Source of the DNA: Nitrosotalea sp.
Lineage (GTDB): Archaea; Thermoproteota; Nitrososphaeria; Nitrososphaerales; Nitrosopumilaceae
Reading direction: 5' to 3'
Assembly (NCBI GenBank): GCA_025451075.1
Contig: JANWLA010000041.1
Coordinates: 68,315 to 132,314 of the forward strand
Length of the DNA: 64,000 nucleotides
Shown: positions 40,267-49,763 of the stretch, piece after piece
Position numbering within the stretch: position 1 is the stretch's first letter
Layout of the letters: each line of letters opens with the position of its first letter
The notes under the pieces: generated by a model
Seen by the model: only the letters and a program-made list of their open reading frames with translations
Database searches by the model: none
What the model was told of the DNA's origin: nothing
Program-made: the position numbers and the translations under genes

Positions 40267-40806
40267 TCAGAGATAATCTTTGTGAGAAAATTCAAAAACA
40301 ACTATTCCGTCATGGAGTGAGTCATTTATTACTGCGATCTTTAATGATTCCAAAATAGTTTTAACATATTGCAGCACAAAGGTTGCCCATTTAGGACTAC
40401 TTCCAGCACAAAAGACTAGCCGGTAGTTATTCCCAGATATCTTGTACGAGAATTCAAACCAGTTACAATATTTGGACAAGGTCGTAATGTAATTATGAAT
40501 TACGTGGTCAATGTCATACGGAACTCCCATTATATCAAAAAGCTTTTTTACAACATTTGGTCCGCTTTTTACAATTTCATTCAGATCTGGTTCATCTATT
40601 TTTGTGATAATATTGAAAAATAGATCATATGGAACCACCATATTTGGAATTACGTTTACTGTTTCATCGTACGTGACGTTTTTGTTCAAAATATTAGTGA
40701 TCATTGCATTTAACGTCAGATCTTTTTTGTCTGCACTTTGTTTGAGGACTTCAAGAAGATCACTTTGTAGTCTCAAAGTGAGCCTGTTGGTTGACACTCG
40801 CTTCAA
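40267..40806 (-). CDS. RHH-like N-terminal domain protein, paralog 1
   Basis: RLTLRLQSDL..LK..A.KKDLTLNAMI; C-terminal KYCNWF domain shared with paralogs. Confidence 0.75.
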   Translation of the reverse strand: MKRVSTNRLTLRLQSDLLEVLKQSADKKDLTLNAMITNILNKNVTYDETVNVIPNMVVPYDLFFNIITKIDEPDLNEIVKSGPNVVKKLFDIMGVPYDIDHVIHNYITTLSKYCNWFEFSYKISGNNYRLVFCAGSSPKWATFVLQYVKTILESLKIAVINDSLHDGIVVFEFSHKDYL

Positions 40807-41121
40807 GACTTCTATGTCACAAACAACTCCACAAAAAGACTTGCGCTAAATCAAATAATACAACAGAACTACAAATAGGATTAGCGTGCGCTAATTGCAA
40901 ATGCCCATCATTCCCACCACCTCTGGAACAACCATTTTTAAAGGTGCTATGCGTCAACCTGCGTCTATCTGCGTCAAATGACATTGTTTGTACCCTAGAA
41001 AACAGAAATAAAATAACAAAATGTCCCATCTTGGAGTTTCAGCCTGTTTTTCAGTATTAAAAATTGCGTAGGAATAAGATGTACGAATCACATGTATGAA
41101 GAATACCTTTTCAAAATGCAA

Positions 41122-41679
41122 TCAGGTTGTAAACTTGAAGATTACAACATTTTCATGCACTAGCTTGGAGTTGATCTTAATTTTTAGAGATTCTAGTATG
41201 TTTGTCACATACATCATGAGAAAATCAATCCATTTTGTACCTAGTTGTGTCTCAAAAACTAGCCGATGATTTGCGCCATTTCCAGTATTGTTAAAACTGT
41301 ACCAGCCACAGTATTTTCCCATTATGATAAAATGTTTATCCATGACTTCTTTGAGCGTGTACTCTATGCCCTGGATTGCAAAAATCTTTTTTATTATATC
41401 TGGGCCTTCCTTTGCAATCTCCTCCAAATCATTAGCATCTAATTTGTCAATTATTCTTGAGAATAAAACATCAGATACAGTAACTGCAGGTAACGTGTTT
41501 ATTTGCATGTCATAAGATACGTTTTTGAAAAGAATCTTTGTAATCAAAGCATTTAACGGAAGATCTCTCTTGTCTGCTTCTTTTTTTAATACATTTGAAA
41601 TTGAATTAGGTATCCTTAGCGTCATACGCTGCGTTCCTGACACACTATCAAACTCTTCCATATTCCTAGTCCTACTCAT
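41122..41679 (-). CDS. RHH-like N-terminal domain protein, paralog 2
   Basis: RMTLRIP..LKKEADKRDLPLNALI; KYCGWY. Confidence 0.75.
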   Translation of the reverse strand: MSRTRNMEEFDSVSGTQRMTLRIPNSISNVLKKEADKRDLPLNALITKILFKNVSYDMQINTLPAVTVSDVLFSRIIDKLDANDLEEIAKEGPDIIKKIFAIQGIEYTLKEVMDKHFIIMGKYCGWYSFNNTGNGANHRLVFETQLGTKWIDFLMMYVTNILESLKIKINSKLVHENVVIFKFTT

Positions 41680-41765
41680 CAGCAGAAGATTTTCTATTTA
41701 AATTCGTGTCATAGTACAATGAGCTACACACTCGTACAATGATTTCTAATACAAATCATATAAGT

Positions 41766-42248
41766 TTACGATGGAGCCAGTTGTTCAAGAATAACATTAT
41801 AATAAAAATTGTCCAGTTTGAATTCCATTGTAGACGTATTTGTGGTAAAATTTACACCAAAGTTTGTGTCGTTTGTTTGTGTTTCAGGCAACTGTTCTGC
41901 CTTGTCCCCTGCCAGCTGGAGTATAGAATCATAATCACTTTGACTGATATCAGTTGTAAATGTGTGAACGCCGTGTAGAGGGGGCGGTACATATCTTCCA
42001 AAAGCCTGATCTATTGCATTTTTGAGTACGGGAATTTTATCAAGCGTGGTATTATCAAGAATTTTTGTATTGCTGTCAATGTCTGCAAGTTGTTGTAACG
42101 TATGGATTTTTTCATTTCCAGGACTTGTTTCAGCAGTTACACTTAACCTGATTAAAGCACTTGAAGTAGGTTTAGAGACCTCTAGAAATAATATAATTCC
42201 AGATACTGCAATCCCAATTGCAATCAGTGCAATTGCCATAGTCTTCAT
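41766..42248 (-). CDS. Membrane-anchored hypothetical protein
   Basis: N-terminal hydrophobic helix, 160 aa. Confidence 0.65.
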   Translation of the reverse strand: MKTMAIALIAIGIAVSGIILFLEVSKPTSSALIRLSVTAETSPGNEKIHTLQQLADIDSNTKILDNTTLDKIPVLKNAIDQAFGRYVPPPLHGVHTFTTDISQSDYDSILQLAGDKAEQLPETQTNDTNFGVNFTTNTSTMEFKLDNFYYNVILEQLAPS

Positions 42249-42346
42249 GATATATTCTAAATCACATCTTGTTAGAATTTAACTGATGCTCATCATGATA
42301 AAATAATAGATTTCAGAATATTGTAAAATTGTACAGATGTAAATGG

Positions 42347-42529
42347 TTAGTCCATTAGCTTATCTTTGTAATCAAGTATGGCTTTTTTAATTTCAGTGTA
42401 GCTGTCGGACAGGTTTCCAGTCTTTTCAAAGTCTGTCAATGTGTGTTCCAATTTTTGCACAAAGTCTAGTGCGTCATCGTTGTTCTTTTTTAGTTTCTTT
42501 TTTAGTCCAATGATTTGTCCTTGGTCCAT
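42347..42529 (-). CDS. Hypothetical protein
   Basis: 60-aa helical ORF with ATG. Confidence 0.55.
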   Translation of the reverse strand: MDQGQIIGLKKKLKKNNDDALDFVQKLEHTLTDFEKTGNLSDSYTEIKKAILDYKDKLMD

Positions 42530-42620
42530 GTTTTTTACATATGACAGAATCTAGTATAAACATTGTTTTCAGTGTCATTCGTGTAATAGAAATTTACAGG
42601 TATTTTTGCAGTTTATTTTA

Positions 42621-42887
42621 TCATCTTTTATGACGGTTTGATGCATCATACTGCTTTGCCCTTGTTTCGTTATAGTTTATCTGGAGCATGACATGTCTGA
42701 GTTTTTTTCGTTTGTTCTCATCAGGAAAATGGACAAGCATAAACTCGTCAAGCTCTTCTATTCCCCGCTCGTCAAGTATTTCTAATGCAATCCTTCCCGC
42801 TTCTTTGGAATTATCCATTCCACATTTGCTGCACATTGTTCCTCGTACAATTTTTCCCCGACATCTAGAACTGATACAGTGCATCAT
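42621..42887 (-). CDS. Zinc-ribbon hypothetical protein
   Basis: CISSRC..MCSKCG N-terminus. Confidence 0.55.
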   Translation of the reverse strand: MMHCISSRCRGKIVRGTMCSKCGMDNSKEAGRIALEILDERGIEELDEFMLVHFPDENKRKKLRHVMLQINYNETRAKQYDASNRHKR

Positions 42888-43013
42888 GAAATCAAATCAT
42901 CATACGATCTATAAAAACAGCCCGAACACATCATAAAGCAAGTAGGACATAAAATTAATTGAACAGACAATTCATCAAAAGCATTAATTTTGTAGGTGTA
43001 CCAAACAAAGAAA

Positions 43014-43151
43014 ATGGGCGAACAAGAATGCTTGGAATGCATGTCAAAGAACACTGGTGAGTACATGGATCCAGTTGAGAAAAGCGATGGAATGCACTAT
43101 TATTTCCTGTGTGAAGATTGCAAATACGAATGGAAAATCATAAGAAAATAA
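43014..43151 (+). CDS. TFS/TFIIS C-terminal-ribbon-like microprotein (45 aa)
   Basis: Manual translation MGEQECLECMSKNTGEYMDPVEKSDGMHYYFLCEDCKYEWKIIRK*. Confidence 0.65.
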   Translation: MGEQECLECMSKNTGEYMDPVEKSDGMHYYFLCEDCKYEWKIIRK

Positions 43152-43222
43152 GTTTGGGACATATTTACAATCAACATATCCAAACAGAAATCGCTAAATT
43201 ACAAGTCCGGCGTGAAATAGCA

Positions 43223-43420
43223 ATGAGTTTTGAAGGAATAGACATCCAGATTGAGCGATACACAAAGAAAATCAATGAAAAAAACGAACAGTTGAAAAAC
43301 CCAGATTTGACCCAAGAGGCAAAAAAGAGGCTAGAGTCAGAGATCAAAAGCGCAACACTTGAGCGAAACAAGTGGAAGATGCGAAAAAACAACTTGTTTA
43401 CTACAAGACACAAGAAATAA
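43223..43420 (+). CDS. Small coiled-coil protein
   Basis: ORF from MSFEGIDIQ within track ORF 43118..43420. Confidence 0.6.
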   Translation: MSFEGIDIQIERYTKKINEKNEQLKNPDLTQEAKKRLESEIKSATLERNKWKMRKNNLFTTRHKK

Positions 43421-43432
43421 GAAAGACAGTCT

Positions 43433-43585
43433 TTAGTGCGATTTTATCGATTTTGTGACAGGTCTCATTCCGCTGTGAATGTCATTTTTACAATTGTCAC
43501 ACATGAATTTGTCAATAGTTCCTTTTCCATAATGACCACACCTGCAACTTGTACAAGAGCACAATACTCTATCAAATTCTGTCAT
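43433..43585 (-). CDS. Cys/His-rich microprotein (50 aa)
   Basis: Manual translation MTEFDRVLCSCTSCRCGHYGKGTIDKFMCDNCKNDIHSGMRPVTKSIKSH*. Confidence 0.55.
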   Translation of the reverse strand: MTEFDRVLCSCTSCRCGHYGKGTIDKFMCDNCKNDIHSGMRPVTKSIKSH

Positions 43586-43611
43586 TATACCATCAAATAA
43601 TATAATCAATA

Positions 43612-44043
43612 TTAATATCTGCTTTCTGCAGGCCTTAGGTCGTCTACTAGCACCTGGACTGACCTGAAAACAGATTTTACTGCAGTGTTTACCTCTCGCA
43701 GGTCCCTGCCAGTATTTCCAATCACATCCATCATGTTTTTGGCTGATCTGGCAAATTCCTTTGCCTCATTTATCACACCTGTCTCTTCCATCAGTTTTAT
43801 GGTACTCTGCATCTTTTCAGAGGCCTCGTTGATGTTTTGTGTAATCAATCGGAAATTTTCTATGTTCTTGACCATTTCTGGGGTTTTCAGTGCCTCGATT
43901 ATATCCTTGGCCACTTCGCCCATGTCCATAATTTTTCCAAGTGATTCCTGCATTCCAGGTGTTCTAATCTGACGCATTACCTCAACTGCACAAGATACCG
44001 TTTCCTTTATTTCATGAATCCTGCCGATTTTTTCTACTGCCAT
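43612..44043 (-). CDS. Helical/coiled-coil hypothetical protein
   Basis: ORF from MAVEKIG; internal repeat ..RTPGM / ..KTPEM. Confidence 0.65.
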   Translation of the reverse strand: MAVEKIGRIHEIKETVSCAVEVMRQIRTPGMQESLGKIMDMGEVAKDIIEALKTPEMVKNIENFRLITQNINEASEKMQSTIKLMEETGVINEAKEFARSAKNMMDVIGNTGRDLREVNTAVKSVFRSVQVLVDDLRPAESRY

Positions 44044-44362
44044 TTTACGGACCTCCGAGAAATAGCATGCAGAGAAATACTTTGCCCATTGCCAACAAGT
44101 GTTCTTTTCCATCCACCCATTGCATTATTTGGACTGCATAGTCTAGGCACTTTGTGATTGTTGCCGAGTCGGTCATGAGAGTTTTGCTCCCTGTGTTTTT
44201 TTGACTGTCTTTATTTTTGTCATGATGGTATAGTGTCAGAAAAATTATTTATCAATTCAATACAATTTTGCAACAAAAATGTTGGATTGTGCCTGATAGC
44301 ATGCCTGAGCTTCAAGCATGGTTTTGGTATGGTTAATTAAAACGCATAAAAAATCACAAAAC

Positions 44363-44647
44363 ATGGGTGACGGAATAGGCGGACCGGTAATTGCCTGTCT
44401 ATCAGGAAATACTTTTGACATGTCAGTTACGCACTTTCGCAAAGACAACAAGGAAGAATATGGCAACGTTGAAAGGATTATGATTGCCAAGGTGGACAAT
44501 CCCGATGATCCTCAATATGAGGAAAAAACAATCGCAGATCTTGAGCGTGCACTCAAGGGAAAATTTGTTACATGCAATGTACAGTATCGCGACTCAAAGA
44601 CTGACTGGTTGATTTGCAACGTATTTGTCCAAAATCCTCCAGAATAG
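44363..44647 (+). CDS. Thermonuclease (SNase)-like OB-fold protein, degenerate
   Basis: SGNTF, ERIMIAKVDNP, LKGKFV, RD; spacing mirrors DGDT/RL.GIDAPE/RD.YGR. Confidence 0.5.
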   Translation: MGDGIGGPVIACLSGNTFDMSVTHFRKDNKEEYGNVERIMIAKVDNPDDPQYEEKTIADLERALKGKFVTCNVQYRDSKTDWLICNVFVQNPPE

Positions 44648-44738
44648 ATACTGGCAAAAAAACTATTCAAGCGTAGGAATAACGATAAAAAAACTCTCAC
44701 AGGTCCTAGTCCTGTAATTATTTTTCATACAAGAAGTT

Positions 44739-45284
44739 CTATAGTAGATCTTTGCACGCAAATTCAAAAATAACTATACCATCTTGTACTGAATCATTCA
44801 TGGATGTGATTTTCAGAGAGTTTAGGATGTTTTTCACGTATGCATGTACAAATGTACTCCATTTTTGATCTTTTCCAGTACAGAAAACAAATCGATAATC
44901 TCCAAATTGTTTCTTGTGTGAGAATTCAAACCACCCACAATATTTTCCCAGTATGACAAAATAGTTCTCAATTACATGCTCAAGGTCATACGGGATTCCA
45001 ATGAGACTAAATAATTTCTGGACTATACGTGGCCCGCCTTTTCCAATTTCATTTATACTGTTTTGAGACATCTGATTTATCATTTCAAGAAAAAGTTCAT
45101 GAGGCATGGTAACACATTGTACCACACTCACATTGTTATCATAAGACATGTTTTTGCTGAGAATTTTATTTATCAGAGCATTCATTGTTAGATCTCTTTT
45201 ATGAGCTTCTTCTATCAGAGCATCATGTAAATCAGATTGAAGCCTTAGTGCAACCCTGGTAGGTATATGTTTTACAACTTGCAT
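44739..45284 (-). CDS. RHH-like N-terminal domain protein, paralog 3
   Basis: RVALRLQSDL..EEAHKRDLTMNALI; KYCGWFEFS. Confidence 0.75.
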   Translation of the reverse strand: MQVVKHIPTRVALRLQSDLHDALIEEAHKRDLTMNALINKILSKNMSYDNNVSVVQCVTMPHELFLEMINQMSQNSINEIGKGGPRIVQKLFSLIGIPYDLEHVIENYFVILGKYCGWFEFSHKKQFGDYRFVFCTGKDQKWSTFVHAYVKNILNSLKITSMNDSVQDGIVIFEFACKDLL

Positions 45285-45610
45285 TTTTTACTCCTCTCTA
45301 AAATGTTATTTGAAATTTGTTTATTTTTCATTTTAATGTTCATACTCGGTTTTGATTATAAAACTTGTGTAGGATTACTTCGAATTGGTAAAAAAATTTT
45401 TGTACCGGAAAACAAAAAACAATATTTTTAATCGTTTAATGAGAAAAATTTAACAATTGAAATTTTTAATGTAGATTTTAATTCAACTGGACTAGTCAAA
45501 GAATTTCATTATGCAACCGCGAATGTTACAGTGTCACTGCAAGTTATAATTACAAAACTTCTGTGCCTTAATTTTTTATGATAAACAATTACAATCCAGC
45601 GAAAAAAAGG

Positions 45611-45784
45611 CTATAATTTCGAAATATCCCTTTCTATTTTTTTACCTTCTTTATCAATAAAGAAGTAGGTATCATGACCATTATTTTCAAAGTGTAATCG
45701 GAAACTCTCATCTAATTCTTCTATGGTATTTCCCCTAACTTGAAATTCACATATGATGCAAATTCCTCTCATGTCGCTAGTCAT
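45611..45784 (-). CDS. CxxC..H..H zinc-binding microprotein (57 aa)
   Basis: Manual translation MTSDMRGICIICEFQVRGNTIEELDESFRLHFENNGHDTYFFIDKEGKKIERDISKL*. Confidence 0.6.
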   Translation of the reverse strand: MTSDMRGICIICEFQVRGNTIEELDESFRLHFENNGHDTYFFIDKEGKKIERDISKL

Positions 45785-46015
45785 ATTACTTTTTTATTTT
45801 ATCATTTCTTATTATTAAACAAGATCTAGGTTTTCAGCATTGATAGCAATATGGGATTACAAACCAGTCAAAGTGTGATTATAATTTCTGAATCATAGGT
45901 GTGGGACCGGGGGACCCGGGTTACCATCTTGATTATTTCTGAGCCCACTTGTATAGAAATGTTAAGATTTGTTTTCATCTATTGTGGAAATTTCATTGTT
46001 GAAAAAGATTAGAAA

Positions 46016-46099
46016 CTAGTTGTCATGAGCGAGATCATCCAAAAGTTTAGAGTATTTCTCAATAAGTTCATCGTTTATTTTCTTATCTTTACGGCTCAC
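46016..46099 (-). CDS. Putative 27-aa antitoxin-like peptide
   Basis: GTG start overlaps the Fic gene's end; MSRKDKKINDELIEKYSKLLDDLAHDN*. Confidence 0.5.
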   Translation of the reverse strand: MSRKDKKINDELIEKYSKLLDDLAHDN

Positions 46100-46538
46100 G
46101 TTTTCTCATTCTTTTCAAAATATAAAAAGACATCTGTTCCATGACTTCTGGGTTCAAGGTTAACAGTTGGTCCTTGATTTTTCTTAACATCGATCTTAAT
46201 TCTGAATTCGTCTCTTCGGGATCAATATCTAAATCATATCCATTATCACGTAGAAATTTACCTGCAGCGATAATTCCAGTTCTCCTATTACCATCCATGA
46301 ATGGTTGTTTCAAAGTAATTACCCCTAGGACATGAGTAGTTATTTCAAGTAAATCCTGTTCTTTATTTCCAGAATTTCCAACATTATTTATCATGGAAAG
46401 CACTTCATCCATATTTTTTTGAATTACCCCAATATGTACTGGTTCACCAGTTCTTTTCTTATGTCTTAGGAGAATCTGTTCATTAGTCTCAGTTAGGTAT
46501 CGTTCATGAATTTTCATCACCATATTGTTTGAGACCAC
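46089..46538 (-). CDS. Fic/Doc family protein
   Basis: QPFMDGNRRTG..FLRDNG (Fic motif with H-to-Q); N-terminal KIHE. Confidence 0.85.
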   Translation of the reverse strand: MVSNNMVMKIHERYLTETNEQILLRHKKRTGEPVHIGVIQKNMDEVLSMINNVGNSGNKEQDLLEITTHVLGVITLKQPFMDGNRRTGIIAAGKFLRDNGYDLDIDPEETNSELRSMLRKIKDQLLTLNPEVMEQMSFYILKRMRKREP

Positions 46539-46928
46539 GACATGCCTCCTCAGATGATTAGATTTAAGGCTTGAATTTTATTGGGAACAGTTACGGAGTC
46601 ATTAGGAGTTCAAAGTTTACAATATCTAAATTGTGAGGTTCACATTTTTTGCATCGATCTGAGATCCTTTTTCACAGTGAACAGGTTACATTCCAATTTC
46701 TTTGTAATTTCCATTTATGAAACTTCAAAAAACAAACAATAGGTATGAGACCTGTAAGACTCGCTACTATTTTTGTTTCATACGATACCATTTCCTAATT
46801 ATACAGAACATATTTTTTGGTTTGACATAATTAGATGAACATCAATTCACTAATTCTCTGCAAAGGTTGGCACATATTGATGAATTATAATTTACATTGA
46901 GTGTTGACTCCGTCAGGTGTAGGATCTG

Positions 46929-47180
46929 TTAATGGAGGTTGTGAATTATATGATGACGCCCTGCTGCTCCCCATGCGATGGCAAATGCAACTATGCTTGC
47001 CACTAGTACGGCGCCAACCATGTGTGCTTGATCTAGTGGAAGGCATCCTACGTTGTATACGTAAGCTTGCTCTCCACATGGTGATGATTGTTGTGCAGAT
47101 GCTAAGTTAGTACCTGCCATTGCAAGTATACCTAACGTCATCACGAGTCCAGCTAGTTTTGCTGTACCTAAGCTAACCAT
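46929..47180 (-). CDS. Small secreted/membrane protein
   Basis: Signal peptide, Cys pair, C-terminal TM, His-rich tail. Confidence 0.6.
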   Translation of the reverse strand: MVSLGTAKLAGLVMTLGILAMAGTNLASAQQSSPCGEQAYVYNVGCLPLDQAHMVGAVLVASIVAFAIAWGAAGRHHIIHNLH

Positions 47181-47246
47181 GTGACATATACGGCATCGCG
47201 ATATTTACGGCTAGCGAGAACTTGTCAGTTTTTCATTAAAACAAGT

Positions 47247-48869
47247 CTATTTCTTTTCCAGGTTATGACTTGGTTTTGAAGTATCTTCACTAATAAGGTG
47301 GGAAACATGTGGAGGATCTTTTCCTATGTGAAATGAGATGGCGCGTTGTTCTATGGCAATATCTGCTTTTGTCATGCGTTCGTGTTGGCGTAAATGTTCA
47401 GTCCAAGACTCTGAAGTAAACATCATAACATAGCGACTGGGGTTTTCAACATCATGGAACAATTCCCAATTGATTGCTCCATCACGCAATATTAGAGAAC
47501 GTACATCGTTCATTGCAGATTCAAACTCACGTGAACGTGTTGGATCAATTTGAAATTCCATCTCTACCAATACAGATCCATCCGCGTGCTCATCAATGTC
47601 AATCATTGCACGTGGCATAGCCCAATGCATTGAGGGAGTCATGTCTACATCAGTGAGTGGTTTTAGTTTGTAACGTGTTGCGGTAACAAGACCAATTACT
47701 AACCCAATGGATGCGACAAGTAATGCAGTTTGAATTCCCCAGATTTCTCCAACAATTCCCCATACGATACTACCAGTAGCCACCCCGCCCCAATACATCA
47801 TCTGATGAACCGAAACTACTCGTGTTCTTACCCATGAAGATACAGAATTATACGCAATAAAATTCAAGCTAGATGTTACAATAATCAAGGCAATTCCAAC
47901 TGCAAATATTCCAATAAACAAGGTAATGATGCCATGCTGCAATGATATGACCACCATTGCAATTGCATACAGGATTGTCGCACTTGTTACACGCTTTTCT
48001 ATTGACAATTGTTTTATCTTGGGTACAATCAGTAGACCACTGATCAATCCACCTATGCCAAATGCGCCCACTAGAATTCCAAAAAGAATTGAATTTGAAC
48101 CTGATTCGTTACGGGCCAAAAGAGGCAAAAGCGATATCACGGCACTGCCGCAAATTGTAAATGCAAAGTCTCGAACAAAGAGTGCGCGTACATGCAATGA
48201 ATAACGCATGTACTGCAACCCCGTACGAATAGCAACAACTACTTGTTCAGGAGGAAGAAGTTTACGTTCGGATGGTTTATGCCACCTGTGAAGAAAAACT
48301 ATAATGCCAACAAAGGAAAGTGCGTTTACCATAAAGACTGCCCATGGTCCTACTGCTGCAACTATCAAACCACCAAGAAGAGGGCCAACTGCAAATCCTA
48401 TGTAAATTGCTACACTAAACAAAGTCAATGCGACAAGAGCTGTTTTCTTTGATACAAGCTCAGTTTGGATTACAATATTTACAGGTAAGCTCATTGCATT
48501 ACCCAAGCCAAGCAATAAAGTGAACACAACAAGAATTGAAGATGTTGTAAAACCGCCAAAGGTGAGAACGCTTAAGATCAAAGCTACTGCAAGGGAGAAA
48601 TATTGTGTAGCAAGGAAGAGTTTGCGCCTGTCAACAATATCTGCAAAAGCCCCTGCCGGAAGTGCAAGTAAGAATATAGACAAGCTTGTCATCACCTGTA
48701 AAAGCGCTACAACAAAGGGAGATGTGGCTAGCGATGTCATCAGCCAGCCAGAACCAACACTTTGCATGGAGGCGCCTATGTCTGATGCAAACATTGTAAT
48801 CCATAGAAATCGATATAGTGTATTTTTTAGAGGGTGGCCATCTGACTCAGAATTTGTGCTACTGTTCAT
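47247..48869 (-). CDS. MFS transporter (MFS_3/DUF894-type) with C-terminal soluble domain
   Basis: LPAGAFADIVDRRK; C-terminal RDGA.NW..DVENP..ESWTEHLRQHER. Confidence 0.88.
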   Translation of the reverse strand: MNSSTNSESDGHPLKNTLYRFLWITMFASDIGASMQSVGSGWLMTSLATSPFVVALLQVMTSLSIFLLALPAGAFADIVDRRKLFLATQYFSLAVALILSVLTFGGFTTSSILVVFTLLLGLGNAMSLPVNIVIQTELVSKKTALVALTLFSVAIYIGFAVGPLLGGLIVAAVGPWAVFMVNALSFVGIIVFLHRWHKPSERKLLPPEQVVVAIRTGLQYMRYSLHVRALFVRDFAFTICGSAVISLLPLLARNESGSNSILFGILVGAFGIGGLISGLLIVPKIKQLSIEKRVTSATILYAIAMVVISLQHGIITLFIGIFAVGIALIIVTSSLNFIAYNSVSSWVRTRVVSVHQMMYWGGVATGSIVWGIVGEIWGIQTALLVASIGLVIGLVTATRYKLKPLTDVDMTPSMHWAMPRAMIDIDEHADGSVLVEMEFQIDPTRSREFESAMNDVRSLILRDGAINWELFHDVENPSRYVMMFTSESWTEHLRQHERMTKADIAIEQRAISFHIGKDPPHVSHLISEDTSKPSHNLEKK

Positions 48870-48942
48870 GCAATATCACACACAGACAATATTTCATCAA
48901 TCAAATGTATAAATTAGTTCATTCCAAGTTTTTATTTCCAAG

Positions 48943-49365
48943 TCATACTTTGGACTCTAGTACATTCCAGCAATTTTTGCACAAGTATCCTTTGAGGTTC
49001 CATTCTTTTTTTGCATGACGTGGCATAAATCCAAGTTTGACATTACACAGGATGCAGTTTTTTTTCAGTTCATTGTCTGAGTTTTGCCACTCGTTAAAAC
49101 AAGGCTCGCAAAGCCACCCTTTTAGGTCCCACTCTTTTTTTGGCTTCCACAGGTTCAATCCACCGGGCTCATCTCCGCATGCAATACATACGTCATTGCT
49201 CTTTTTTTTGGCAATTGGTTTTTTCATAAAATCCACGTAGCATTTTGCACACAGTTGACCTTTGATATTCCACTCTTTCTTTGGTTTACTGGTACGCGGT
49301 GTGCGCTTTTCGCATACAGAACAAAATTCCTCTTTTTTTCCGCCAAACAAGCCCATCACATCCAC
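48943..49365 (-). CDS. Triple zinc-finger repeat protein
   Basis: 3x CxxC..KKEWxxKGxLCxxC; likely start MGLFGGKKEE. Confidence 0.75.
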   Translation of the reverse strand: MDVMGLFGGKKEEFCSVCEKRTPRTSKPKKEWNIKGQLCAKCYVDFMKKPIAKKKSNDVCIACGDEPGGLNLWKPKKEWDLKGWLCEPCFNEWQNSDNELKKNCILCNVKLGFMPRHAKKEWNLKGYLCKNCWNVLESKV

Positions 49366-49565
49366 ACGGATGTCATATTAGAAAAGGATTTGACCACAGT
49401 GCGTCTAATCGGTCAAAGGATTGCCATACTAACATCATCCCGTTAGAGTCCTGATGGTCTATTGTACAGCATACAAAGATATGATAAATTGTTTGCGGGC
49501 ATAGTATGATCTTTGTTCCAGGTAGAAATTGCTAAATTTACCAGCATAATAAAAGGAATTGTAAA

Positions 49566-49763
49566 TTGAAAATAAATTCATTGTTTCTAGTATCAGTAAT
49601 TACGTTTGGTCTTTCGGCATCATCGTTTCTTGTGATGCGTGCTTACCAGTCCCATATTGCAGGATGGTGTGCAGCAGGCTTTGGTTTTATTGCAATCATA
49701 ACCATGATCTTTCCAGGACTGCAAAAACTACGTAGTGGTAAGATTACAAAACCCAAAGCCTAG
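49566..49763 (+). CDS. Small two-TM membrane protein
   Basis: Two hydrophobic segments, basic tail. Confidence 0.55.
   Translation: MKINSLFLVSVITFGLSASSFLVMRAYQSHIAGWCAAGFGFIAIITMIFPGLQKLRSGKITKPKA

Noticed and set aside
40791-41060. Cys-rich 89-aa ORF in the track
   Set aside because: No good start, overlaps the divergent gene start, no motif.
45898-45925. GC-rich GTGGGACCGGGGG patch resembling a tRNA 3'-end att remnant
   Set aside because: Only ~13 bp, no T-loop, and no partner copy or integrase in the window.
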